The notes below the pieces were generated by a model. The model had not been told where the DNA came from and ran no database searches. It saw only the letters and a list, made by a program, of their open reading frames with translations. A DNA stretch of 64,000 bases from the NCBI GenBank assembly GCA_053919585.1, contig CM132783.1. The stretch is one strand, 5' to 3'. How positions within the stretch are numbered: position 1 is the first letter of the stretch; each line of letters begins with the position of its first letter. Of the stretch, positions 41,836 to 54,475 are shown piece by piece. The stretch is from Euprymna scolopes (Eukaryota). A program made the translations under genes and the position numbers.

Positions 41836-42046
41836 CAGGGTGACCCCCCAAAAACGGGCCCCAACTCTAATTAGGCCCCGTTTCTTAGTGTTTTGTCCGA
41901 ATTAAATGAAAATTTGGTCATAACTAGTTTATTATATTCAGAACATCACATCAAAACACTAGGGTCTTTGGCCTTTATTTCTCCGTTGACTGTAAAATGC
42001 TTAGAAAAACAATTGAATGTCCTATTTTTTTTGAGGGGAGGTCACC

Positions 42047-42049
<3 letters not shown>
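41836..42049. mobile_element. Tc1/mariner MITE
   Basis: TIRs CAGGGTGACCCCCCAAAAA / TTTTTTGAGGGGAGGTCACCGTG in (TA)n context. Confidence 0.7.
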
Positions 42050-42080
<31 letters not shown>

Positions 42081-42214
42081 AAAGAAAGAGAAGACCATAT
42101 AAACCTATGTTGTAATACATACAGATTTATTCATTTATTCAATAAAGGTATACATCAATTGGGGTGTAGGGTAAATGAGAACTCTTTATACCATGGTATT
42201 TCGAAGCCTAATGC

Positions 42215-42560
42215 TTTTTTTTTCACCACTTATCAAGGCCCGGAAGCCACTCAGGGATAAGGGTTAATTCCAAGTACAGTACGTTAGTGTGGAGATTGAT
42301 GAAGTTAAGGGGGCGGTTCATTAGGAATTTGTTAACGTTGGACTTGAAGACATCCAAGTTGTAATCAGGTGGGAAGAAGGCAGACGGAACAGAGTTCCAC
42401 AGTCGTGCAGTTCTAAGAAAGAAGCTTTGTTCATGGAATCCACGTTTTGATTTAGGCACAGATAAAGAGTAGGGGAAATTTTTTACAGTGGATTCAGCCA
42501 GACGGGTGTTCCTCGTGAAAGATTGGCGAGGGGGAACCAGAGATTGGAGTTCAGTCGAGC
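42215..42560 (-). mobile_element. LINE 3' end, same family as 3790-5487
   Basis: ORF 42223-42459 PKSKRGFHEQSFFLRTARLWNS; conserved tail and A-run. Confidence 0.88.
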
Positions 42561-42837
42561 TTCTTTCTCATCAGAAGAGCAGAGGAAATGCTAGGTAACA
42601 TAATTAGGATGCGACGGCTAGTGATAGTCACATTAGGAGCGAAAAATATTAAGACTGAAAAACATTGATCGCTGTGATATAGGAGGAGTATAGTTTTTAT
42701 TATATAACGCAGGTAAGTATATGTGATGAGACTCTCGGAGAGAATACGTTAATTGAAGGAAGATGCTTATTTAATCAAATGTGTTAATATAACTTGAGGA
42801 GAATACTTAACACAGATTATATATATATATATATATT

Positions 42838-43491
42838 AAATAGAACGGTGACAATAATTCATTATGGTCAGTAAGCGGAACATTTTTTATTAAGCAACAA
42901 TCATTTTTATGGAACAATTGTCAGACCATAAGTCTGGAATTATTCCTTTATGCATCATAGTCATCAGTATTACTACTTTAAGTAGTGGTGCTAATACTTG
43001 TTGTTATAATACTGTTTTGATTTTCTATATTCTTCATTTTTTTTTGTTTTTATTATTAGCGGAGAGTGGGGGGGGTGCCCGGGACGTAAAATATGCTTAA
43101 ATATGATATTTTAACTTGTCCAGATTTCGAATATCTTATTATAGAGTCGTAATTAAAAAAAAAAAAGTATTTGGATGCCATCAGTTAGAATCGAAACCCA
43201 ACTGTAGCATTAAACACTGGTGACGTTACCACTGCACCAACGTGTTGCTTATGAACTGACTAAAATTAAAATCAAACTAAGATGTACAAAATTTATAACG
43301 ATTTATTTTTAATTTTGACCAGTCTTTGACGCCTTAAAAACTATTTTAACCGGCTAAAGGCCAATAAAAGAATGGTCCATAAAAAATCCAATCATTTGAG
43401 GCCCCCAGCGCCGCTCTGTAACTTTTAGTTTCGGTGGAGATAGAGTTTGAAAACATAGACAGACGGACATATAATCTTTTATTATATTAGA
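42838..43491 (-). mobile_element. Helitron-like element M1 (5' end clear, 3' end uncertain) with tRNA-like insert
   Basis: Minus-strand start TCTAATATAATAAAAGATTATATGTCCGTCTG at 43491; tRNA-like TTGGTGCAGTGGTAA...GGTTTCGATTCT at 43178-43243. Confidence 0.5.
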
Positions 43492-43922
43492 CTAACCTGG
43501 GTGGCCGGGTGTTTAAAGGTGTGTGTTGAGCAAAAAAAAAAAAAAAAAAAAGTGGTAGTAGGTAGGCAGCCTTGAACCTGTACCGCGAAGGAGGAAAAGA
43601 ACGTGAAAAAAAATGTGACGTCTTTGCTGTTGCGCCCGTCGCTAAACCGGAAGTGACGAATGTTTAAATTAAGGCTAGTCAATCGAAAACAGGGGACGAC
43701 TTTCAAAAATGTCAGCGAACAAAAACCTCTCCCTGCATAAACGTGCCCAGTTGAGGGTGAAGGAATTAATGTTTTTAGCCAATTTTTCGATATCTGTCGT
43801 CCAAAGGTACGAGCTTCAAAACGATACTGATCTCATGAAAATCCGTCGCCTCTGTCGAAAGTTTTAGGCAAACATACCTACATACATACATTTAAACAGA
43901 CAGGTGAGATTTATATAATAGA
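43492..43922 (-). mobile_element. Non-autonomous Helitron M2 (H1 family)
   Basis: Minus 5' TCTATTATATAAA at 43922; 3' CCCGGCCACCCAGG-TTAG abutting M1. Confidence 0.75.
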
Positions 43923-45486
43923 CTAGAGGGTGTACCCACCGTTGCCCTGGTGTTTCGAGGTGTGTGTGCTCTTAAATAAAAAAAAAGGTAGCATCGAACC
44001 CGAAGCCCTGAGGCGAAGTTGGAAAATAAAATGTGAAAAAAACATTACACGTTAACCGCTCGACCAGCAAGAATGAGTTACTGAAAGAAGTTTGAATTCA
44101 TCTAAGTAAGAGAATTGATAGGTGCCTGCACTAAATGACGTCAAGTGGAAGTCGTAGAGTTAACATTTTGTGTGAGCGTTATGACAACGTAAGCAATAGC
44201 TATTCAGCAGTGAACATTTTCTGCGGGATAGTTTTTAATGAGGTCAATAACCCGGTTTGTTTGTTTGTTTTTACCTAACTTTGGGGGAAAATAGCTCCCC
44301 CATTTATTAGGGGAGTGGCTCGTCTTGAAATGAAAGCAACCGTCTGATATGACGACGGTAAGTCGACATTGACCAAACGTTACATCTATAAATATAAAAG
44401 CGCAAATGTATGTATGTATGTATGTATGTTCGCTTTTTGCATATGTCTGTAAAAGGCTTTTTTCCGAGAAGCGGTCGGTCGGCTCACAACTTCTTAAAAC
44501 TTTTTATATCACATGTAAATCATAATATCTATGAGTTAACAACAGAGGTCGCCTGTCTATTTAATTTGCTTGACTTCGGAAAGATAACTATTCAATATTT
44601 TTTGCTCACCGCATGTGGATTAGGCTTTTTCGTATAATAAAAGCGGCACTAATTCGGGCTGTATTTTTCCGGTCATGATCGCTGGAAATGTCCGAAAGCA
44701 ATCAGATTTGATCAATGTGGAAATATTTTCCTTATATCAGACAATTGCAATTTGGACAATCCCCTTTTTATGGGGAGCTGGTCCCCCCCTCCCAACATCT
44801 TTGGAAAATACAAATAAAAAAAGCGTTCCGCAGTAAATGAAATATTACCCTGAAGTTGACCTCATTAAGTCATTAAAACGGGCACTTGCCAATTCTAAGT
44901 AATTAAATAAATTCAAACGTGTTTCCGTTAGTATTTCGTGATGGCCCAGTGGTTACCGCCGCACGTTTTTTTTTTCACACTTTAATTTCAAACTTTACTT
45001 CAAGGATTCGGGTTCGATCCTTAATACTTACCTACCAAATTTTTTTTTTATTTTAACCTCCCCCCCCCCCGACACAAATACCCGCATGACCACATACACC
45101 TCCAAACACCCGGGTGACCACACACACCTCCAAACACGTGGGCAACGCCAGGTACCCCCCCCTCCCGCTAGTCACTTTCTAGAGACCACTGGCCATGGGC
45201 CAGGATTCGAATCGAGTTTTGCTTTTTTTATAGCGAAAAACAAAAGCAAATATGCGGCAATCCCAAAATGTCGAATGTTTAACGTTTCAAAATCGGGCAA
45301 ATTAAATAGACGGGCGACCTCCATTCGTACCTCTTAGATATTATGATTTTGACACGATATAAAAAGTTTTAAAAATGAGCGATGGCCTCGAGAAGCCGCC
45401 AGAAAAAATCCTTTTGCGGACATACACAAAAAGCGAACATACATACATACACACATTTTCACTTTTATATTTATATTATAGAGAGA
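43923..45486 (-). mobile_element. Non-autonomous Helitron M3 (H2 family), split by an inserted Helitron
   Basis: Minus 5' A|TCTCTCTATAATATAAATATAAAAG at 45486; 3' ACCAGGGCAACGGTGGGT...CTAG at 43923-43926. The halves rejoin across 44384/45172. Confidence 0.75.
44385..45171 (+). mobile_element. Non-autonomous Helitron P (H2 family)
   Basis: A|TCTATAAATATAAAAG ... GGGCAACGCCAGG...CTAG|T; canonical A|T insertion with no TSD. Confidence 0.85.
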
Positions 45487-45696
45487 TTATTTGTAATAGT
45501 AGTAGTGATTGTAGTAATAGAATTCTTATTCACAGTATTCTTTGCTATTTTCCCTATTCTCATTATTACTGCTGCAATTATTCTAATGACTATCATTTGC
45601 CTTTGATTAATGTTATTGTTTCATTTATTGCCATTCTATTTATTTATTTTCTGAGTTAATTGTACTATTTTATTGCTATGGTCAGTTTTGTTAGTA

Positions 45697-46206
45697 TTTT
45701 TATGAGTATTGCTATCATTATTTGTATTGTATTTTTATGAGTATTGCTATCATTATTTGTATTGTATTTTTATGAGTATTGCTATCATTATTTGTATTGT
45801 ATTTTTATGAGTATTGCTATCATTATTTGTATTGTATTTTTATGAGTATTGCAATCATTATTTGTATTGTATATTTATGAGTATTTCTATCATTATTTGT
45901 ATTGTATTTTTATGAGTATTGCTATCATTATTTGTATTGTATTTTTATGAGTATTGCTATCATTATTTGTATTGTATTTTTATGAGTATTGCTATCATTA
46001 TTTGTATTGTATTTTTATGAGTATTGCTATCATTATTTGTATTGTATTTTTATGAGTATTGCTATCATTATTTGTATCGTATTTTTATGAGTATTGCTAT
46101 CATTATTTGTATTGTATTTTTATGAGTATTGCTATCATTATTTGTATTGTATTTTTATGAGTATTGCTATCATTATTTGTATTGTATTTTTATGAGTATT
46201 GCTATT
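45697..46206 (+). repeat. 35-bp minisatellite, about 14.5 units
   Basis: Unit TTTTTATGAGTATTGCTATCATTATTTGTATTGTA; lies ~70 bp upstream of a Helitron-type 3' end (CCTGGGCAACGCTGG...CTAG 46273-46276). Confidence 0.95.
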
Positions 46207-48414
46207 AGCATTAACATCACCAGTAGTTATACAAGTAGTATTACAATTTCCTGGGCAACGCTGGAACAATGGCTAGTATATATATATATATATATATATA
46301 TATGCATGCCACTAGAATCAAACAATGGAAATTCAAGCGAGGTGTGCTTAGGGATTGCATGACCCTTTCTTCCCAATTAAATGTATCCATTGTCATTCTA
46401 TTGCACATATCTTTTTACAAACATATACACACGTGTTCATAAGGAATGTTTAAAGGATGAAAATCCAACAAGATGTGTAGACACAAACAGAAATAACTTG
46501 ACAAAATTTCGTAATTCGTTTGTTATTTGCTTATTGTCTTGTAATTCTGAAATTTTACATCTGATTCTAACTTCATATGACTGAATGAATTTCTTTAATT
46601 TTTACATTCATATTGAATAGTGGCCTGAAGAAGTTCAGTTAGCTTCCAGTTAAAACTGCCACCGTCTGCTATTGTGCAGTAAAATTTATATATTAGATTT
46701 TTGTGGAAATCATATATCAGTTTAAAACGAACTGTGATATTGAAATTTTACTGTTTAAAAACCAGACAAGTGCAGAATTTAGAAAAAAAATTAATGCATA
46801 TTTATTAAAATTAGATGCGAATTTACGACCTACAAAAGAACCTTAATCAGAAAAGTCTGGATAATATTTTAGTAATAAAATATTTTAAACAGTGGATTTT
46901 TCTAATATTTTAACATATAGGTGCATAAATGAGCTCTTTCACACTGAATCGGACATTTAAAAGCTTGATAAAAAATACTACCATCAACATGGCACGTAGA
47001 AAAAATATCTTGATTTTCCTGATGATATAGGTCGAAAATTCGTATTTAATTTTAATCAATAATGTAGGGAAACGTGCGACTTACCTAACTAGCACGTGTG
47101 CATAATTCAACGGCTCGGTCGTGGAATGAAATGAATGAAGAAGAAAGAAACAAAAATGGCTGCCTTATCTCTTTATATGCCTGCAATGTGACCACCCGAT
47201 ATGCAAATGAGATGCTCCTGGTTGGAAATAAAAGAAGGTTGATTTTTTAGAGGGACGTTCATTTTGAAGTTGGACTTCGAAGAAATATTTTGAATTAGCA
47301 GAAGTTCATTTGGTGTTGAGAGAAGGTGCGTTACGTATACAGAAGTTTGGAAGTTGGAAGTTGGGACAACAGTGTCAACCTTAGCAACGAAATTATTGGT
47401 GTGACGGGCGGAAGAAATAACACTCAAGTTATTGAATTATAAATAAATATAGATATATTTTTTTTAATTATAATTCTGAGTGTTTACCAAGAGAGTATCA
47501 AGTATCATTTCCAAGATTTTGGCATATGTCGACAACAAGACCTCTTTTTGTTGCAGTCAAGGAATAGAAGGCTTATTTTTGTATCCAGCAGCGGGGAAGC
47601 AAATAAGGAACTTATTTGGAAATTTTGGAAATGTGTTGAAATTTTTAACAGGTTATAAGGTGTTGATGGAGTAGCAAAAGAGAGATCCCTGTTATAGAAA
47701 AAAACGTATAGTGTGGGATTCGAAACCTGAGAGATGACATAAAATATTGAAATTTAATAAGCGACCATTTTGTCAACACGGCCATCAAACGAATAAAAGA
47801 AGTCTGTCGTTTTAACTAACTAAAAACGTTTATGAGTTTAGTGAAAGGACCTCAGCAAACTGCATAGATCTAAAGTAGTTTGTCTAAAATACACAAATAA
47901 AAAGGTCTAAAAGGCAATACTAGAAATATTGGACGATTTGTTTCTAATGCTATTTTTGTGTATTTTTAATTTTTAAAAATGTTGAATGCAGTGAGATGAT
48001 GTTAAACCTAGCAAGTGAGGGTTGAAGACATGCGTTACATGAATAGAAAGAATATGAGAATGATATAGCGAATATGAAATGTGATTCTCAAAATTAGGCT
48101 TAGATCTAACGACTATAAGGAAAAATGTGTGCAGAAAAGTAGACTTTGATGGCATGGCCACATTGAAAAACTGGATGAGAGTTCTTGGGTTAGTAGATGA
48201 AGAATTGTTGAGATAGAAGATTCAATTTACAAAGAAAACATAAAAGGAAGTGATAAAAATGAACCCGAGAAAAAGAGGAATAAATAAAGATCAGGCCAGA
48301 CGTAGATTACTTTGGAAGTCAATTTCTTCAAGTCGTCCAATACATGCTAGCATATAAAACGAATGTTCCAATGAATCTGATGATGATGATCTCTTTCTAC
48401 AAAAAAGTTAGGTG

Positions 48415-48439
<25 letters not shown>

Positions 48440-48445
<6 letters not shown>

Positions 48446-49785
48446 AAATTTTGGCAGCAAGTCATTATTCAAGCACATCTGATTGAACACGACAGAGTTC
48501 TTTTTTCCCGATTTTTCTGAATATCTTTTCCATTTGCCGAGCAGTCTTTTTATTTCAACCGGCATATTGTATAAAATGGCACCCAAAAATTGTTCAGCCA
48601 TATTCTATTCAAACGCTTGAATAATAAAATACCATTGCTCGACATATTAGTAAATTCAAGCAACCCCACTAAATACATAACCTGAACATACAAAAAAACC
48701 CACCAACAATAATGCAATAATCTTCAATTACTATAGTGAATGCCCAGAAAAATAATAAAACTGCACTTATAAAACATTTTATTCACCGCTAATACAATAT
48801 AGCATCAACCTGACAAATATTCTACAAAGAACTAACAAACCCTAATAAACAATCATTTTTCAAATAAAATCGTCAATACATACATAAAACTATTTAAACT
48901 CACTCCACAATAAAACAAGCCCTTACAAAAACTACACCATAAAATTATACTATAAAACCAACTACACACTAACTACAAAATAGATGAAAAAATAATTACA
49001 AACCCAATCAAGACCCACCAGACCCACCGACCAGAACAAAAAGATCAAACTAATAATAAATTATACTAAATTTAAAACCTCCAATTTAATAATTAAAAAC
49101 AATAATAATACTAAACTAATGTAGTGTATGAATTTATTTGCCTCTTCAAAGAATATCTCCGAACCCACTCTAAAAACTCATACAACGCATACATAGGCCG
49201 CACCACAACAACACTTTCCTGACGACTAACATATTATTTAGCTGACAATAGCGCCATAAAGCATTTAACATCCCATGATAAAAACCTACACTCATCTGAC
49301 ATTAGAAATATCTTAACTAACAATACTAAAATATGATACCTTAACAATTGCCCACGACGACTAAAATTACTAGAAGTCATACTCATCAAAAAACTACACC
49401 CCCTTTTTAACCGGATCTCATTTAACACCGGGACAAATATACTAACAGTATTCAATAACTAACACGAAACTAACTGAATAAATTATAAAATAAAAAAATC
49501 GAAATTAAAAATAAAAATAATTCGCCCCTAAACACCCACCTTTTATAACCAATAAAAAAAAACTATAAATACAGCAAGCAAAAGAAAAAGATGACAATCA
49601 CTCCTGATGATAATCAAACGCACCAATAGAAAGCGCTTGAGTAGAATATGACCGAACAACAACTTTTGGGCGCCATTTTATACAACATGCCGGCTGAAAT
49701 AAAAAAGACCACTTGGTGAATGGAAAAGATATCCAGAAAAATCGGAAAAATAACTGTCGTTTTCAATCAGACGTGCTTGAATATG
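48440..49785 (+). mobile_element. Penelope-like element remnant: GIY-YIG endonuclease, pLTR and inverted upstream pLTR
   Basis: NVVYEFIC...YIGRTTTTLS*RL...SAIKH at ~49115-49265; 48440-48618 is the reverse complement of ~49631-49785; minus ORF 48347-48601 has a PLE N-terminal-type FNQMCLNNDLLPKFT; flanked by (TA)n. Confidence 0.85.
49600..49642 (+). ncRNA. Minimal hammerhead ribozyme in Penelope pLTR
   Basis: ACTC-CTGATGA-[18 nt, decayed stem II]-GAAA-GCGC-TT|GAGT; stem I ACTC/GAGT; palindromic stem III. Confidence 0.7.
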
Positions 49786-49820
49786 AATATATGTATATCT
49801 TTTTAAAATAAATATAAATA

Positions 49821-50039
49821 CCGTATATTTTGGCGTATAAGACGACGCATAAAGTTAAACAGTCATCTTTAAAAAACAATATTTCATAAGATACCGAGTG
49901 TTGCAATCTCGTTGAACAAATATGGTTTCATGATTTGGCAGTCGACTTATACAACCTATATATTATAAATTTATTAAAATTTACCCCAATTTTGTCCTTG
50001 TCTTATCTGACGGTCGCCTTATATACCGAAATATGCAGT
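49821..50039. mobile_element. pogo/Tigger-like MITE
   Basis: TA|CCGTATATTTTGGCGTATAAGACGAC versus GTCGCCTTATATACCGAAATATGCAG|TA. Confidence 0.7.
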
Positions 50040-51999
50040 AATCATTTTATACCCATGTTTCATGCTTATGCAATCATCACTGTAGGAAGTTATGATCAGT
50101 GCTGGTTGGGAGATTCAATCCCATTCATAGTCACCCATGACTCTTTAGGCTAGCATTCTATCCCAAGACCACTAGCAATTAACACAAATCGAGAGAAATT
50201 AAATGGCTATAAATGTCAAGTCAGTGAACATACATAGTAAACAGTCAGAGTAACAACCGGAAGTCGGAATATTGCATAGGTTGCCAGAATGGTATCAAGG
50301 CGAACCAACGCTGGTTTGACAAATATCCAATTATACTACATGATCAGATTTATGGACACCCTGCAGTCATTGCAGTCCTATTGTAAAGGAAGCACTTAAT
50401 TGAACAAAATAAAAACATTTCATTTCATTTTGCATTTATTTTGCATTTTCATTTATCATTTTTTAACAGCAGTTTAGCTTCATGGGAACGAAATAGAGAC
50501 CCGGTCAAAATAAATTATCAAAAAAAAAGCAATCTATACATTTTTTTTAGTTCAATTACGAATTCAATCAAATTTATAATGATTTCATTCCGTGGAGGAA
50601 ATGAATATCTCCTCAGTTTGAATGTGAATCGTGTAGATCTTTTAACAGGGTGATCATTCATTTGGTGTTTTGGACAAAATTCTTCATCTTGAAACTCTAG
50701 GAATTGGTAAAGTGCAATGATAAAATGTATGATGAATTTATGAAAATATTTGTTGTGCTTTCAGAATATATAAATCAAGAAGAAAAAAATTGTCACATAA
50801 TTACTTTAAACTTGTTTAAATAAAAATACAAAGTAACCATGTGCTTTTGTGTGGAATTCAACCTGGATAAGTTGAGTCAGTTTCCCCGAAAAAAGAAGGT
50901 TCGAGGAAATATTAAATTCACAAGCATTCGGCTGTCGTATGCATACCCCGATTAGAGAAGGGGATATTAATCAGGTTAACTTTTGCATTTTTGTAGGGAG
51001 GTGTAGATATCCTCCCATATACAACACCTTCTATTCTCACTGGCCGTGTTTAACTACCATAAACCATCGTAATGCATGCATATGTCTGCTAGACTCTTCC
51101 CTTGGTTGACAACGGTAATGTTCTGCTGATTAGTAATAACAGAGGTTCACTGAACTTCCTTCATCTATATAATATTTCTGAAGTTTTATGATGAGGATTG
51201 ATAATTCACTGTTCTCATCTTGTGTGTTACCCTTATATTTCGAAATTCCGTGTAGATTCACCAACCAGAAAGATTTTGGAGTTCGACAATACACACCTAA
51301 AGAAGTTCAGAGCTTATATTGACTGAAACGTTGCGTGAATAACACTCAAGATAAGAACAGTAGTCTGAATAATCCAAGTTACTTCACCCACTGCTACTTC
51401 TAGCAATCCCACTAGCATCTGATCCATGGTTCAATTATCAAGCCAACAAAACTTTTTGCCAACCTCAATAGTTTGCCATCACCATAACCCAACAGTTCCC
51501 TTCAATAGAATCTAAATAACATCATTTAAAATTAAATTATCATTTTTGTTACTAATAACTAGGGCTATGTTTGGATTCTCAGGTATATATCCATTGATAT
51601 CTTATGTTTTTATGTAGAGTGATGTCATTCTCAGTTGTCTAATATATACTAGAGAGTCAAAACAATGAAAAGAATATGCCGTTGTCATAGCCCTACTAAT
51701 AACTAATCTGCAAAGTGTTACCATTGACAATCAAGTAATGCGTCAGACATGCATGTACAGTGTGATGTATAGAAGTCACACTTGGTCAATGAGAGTTGAG
51801 GATATGTGTTGCATGGAGAGAAATAATATGAGAATAATACGATGCATGTGTATGTGGGTCTTTAAGACAAGCTTAGATCTGATGACCAGATGAAAAGGTT
51901 AAATTTAGGCATATCAATATCTGCCTTCATGTAGGTTGATAATAGCCAAGACAGTGGCAATGTACATGTTTCCGATTAGTTGAAACTCTTTCTTGTTTT

Positions 52000-52595
52000 A
52001 ATAATTTGTTTAATAACTTGGTTTGGACAGGTTTCCTGGATACAGCTATGATTCTGCTCAGGAAAGATAAAAAACGATTACGTAAAAGCTGGGTTAACCA
52101 GATAAAGATTGAAACTGGCATGTTGTACCTGTCTGCAATAAGTGGCAAAATTTTGTTCTCAAGCATATTGTGGGTGCCACCATCTGGATTCTTTCTCTCC
52201 CCGCCCCGACAGCTTTATTCCACATGATGAGCAGACACTTTAACGGTAAGCCATTGTCTTGGTTTCCACAATTTTACCTACAAGAAAAAGTTGATGAGAA
52301 AGAAAGACCAAGAAGGTTTAGAATTGATTTCTCATTGAGAGCAGAGTCATCCATAAGAATCTGAGAAAGAAAAAGGACTGCGATTGAAAGAGAAAAGCCG
52401 AGTCTTAACATGACTAAACAAAAGCCATTTCTTACCCCCAATCCATAACTGAACCCAGGTCAACTTCTAGATAAACTGCATATTTCAACCGAACCGAGGA
52501 AGATGGGTGAGAAGCAATACAAAAATAGGTGGTGTCATCAGCATAAATGTTAATTTTCTCAATAATATTCTCTTGAAGGTCATTTATATAATTAC
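52000..52595 (-). pseudogene. Old LINE RT fragment
   Basis: Minus translation YINDLQENIIEKINIYADDTT at ~52530-52592. Confidence 0.7.
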
Positions 52596-53332
52596 TTACT
52601 AAATATTACTTCGAGAAACAGCACTTAGCTTGATATTCCACCAGACTAGATGAATTCTTGTCCTGAAATACTTTAAAAGCAAGATACCACAAAAGTGATA
52701 CATTATCGTATAATTAACTGGTCATTCGGAGAGAGGAAAATCAATGTTTTTCACTTCTATCTGATAAAATTTTTATCCTAAAATGAAAAAAAAAAAATGA
52801 AGACTAATTTATTTATTTTAAATTTCAATGAATTTGTAAAACCAACGAAAAGAAATCATTAGCTTGCTTTGTTTTTTGGCTAAAATCAATGTATAGACCA
52901 AACCGGAAAACAGTGGATGATATAGTATTTATAAACGGTTGGGAAGGTCTTACAACGTTTTTGTTTCGTTTCTTTCCTCACTCCCATTTGAATCTTGCAT
53001 ATCTATAAATAATAAAATTGACAATCAATTTTGGTATATCTTAAGTAGGTCGGTCCCCTAGTGTGAATGTGATATTGTGGCGACTGAGATGGTTCTAGTT
53101 AAAAGCAGGATAGACATTTGTTAATATTCATGACCATGGATAACCAAACGACATCCATTTTCCTCTAGACGTGTGCCTAATTTGTTGTAAATGCTATTTT
53201 TTTATATATATAATTTTGCAGATAAATATTTCAAAGTGTAGTATCTGTTCTGATACTACACTCAATCTTTTCTGGCAGTGAAGAAGAAATCTTAATCTAC
53301 TGCAATTTAAAATTTGTTGTTCTCATCAAGAG

Positions 53333-53372
<40 letters not shown>

Positions 53373-54437
53373 GAGATGTGGAGTTTACCCACATAAAAAC
53401 CGACTTTGCAACTAGATCCTGAACAAACCAACCACTTTTCCTCTTGTTTGTAAAGCTTACTTCGCATGACTGTTCAAAGAATGTATATTTTTTTTGGTCT
53501 TGTTTTTAGATTTGAAGTGGTTTCCTATACAACGTTTGTTTGTAAACAGTTCTCTTTTAAAAAATCACTCACATTTCGCTTTACTGTTACCCTTGGGAGC
53601 TTAGGATGAAAAAGCTGCCGAAAAAGAGTTGCATAATGTAAACATGACCATTAGATCAGTTCAAAGTGAACTTTCCTTCCCATAATGCCCTATCCTAATA
53701 TATATGGAGATCATTTGGTTCGATAAGCAACGAGAAAATGTCAACCACTATAATGCTTTTGATTCTATGAAATAAAATTGCATAAACTATCACCAATATT
53801 GAGCACTTTCCTCTAATAGAAACTAACAATAATTTTCTACTTTTTTTCATGGAAATCGCTCCAATAAAGAATGAATTCACTTAATATAAGGAGCTAATAA
53901 AAAAAAACATTACTTCATGGTAAAAAAAAAAATACAGCCAACAATATGAGTTAGATGGATAGATTCCGACCCAGAAAACAGCAATTTTCCCCCCTTTATC
54001 AGAAACATCGCTTATAGAATGCGAAACCTAAAGGACAAAAGGGAAGGGAGAGTTACAATACCGTCGAAAATAGGTTCTCCTTATCAATAGACTAAAACCA
54101 AGTGATTAACATTTGTTTCCTTAGGCATATCCTCTCTATATACTTGAATCAAAGAAAATACATGCTAAAATATACCTTAGTTCTGAAATTGCATTGTTTG
54201 AAAAACATTGTTTTTAATTGTTTTAATTAGCCTTAATTTGTAATTAACTGAATAATAATTTCTCTTAGCTTTGTATTCCTCTCACTATGTTGTTTTAATC
54301 ACTCTAATATTTCTTAATGTCTCTCTAAGAATAAGAGTAACCCTTTTCCCAGCTGTGTGATTTTTTAACAATTTTGGTTCAATTTATAAATACGTTACAA
54401 TACCATAAAAATTTCATGTAATTTTCAGAATCTTATT

Positions 54438-54475
<38 letters not shown>

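Noticed and set aside
43178-43243. Functional tRNA gene
   Set aside because: A/B-box-like motifs are present but there is no intact cloverleaf, and it is embedded in a repeat.
45179-45205. Apparent minus-strand Helitron 3' end (TGGCC-CAT-GGCCA...CTAG)
   Set aside because: The sequence is collinear with the internal part of the H2 family and continues across the inserted element into 44384-43923.
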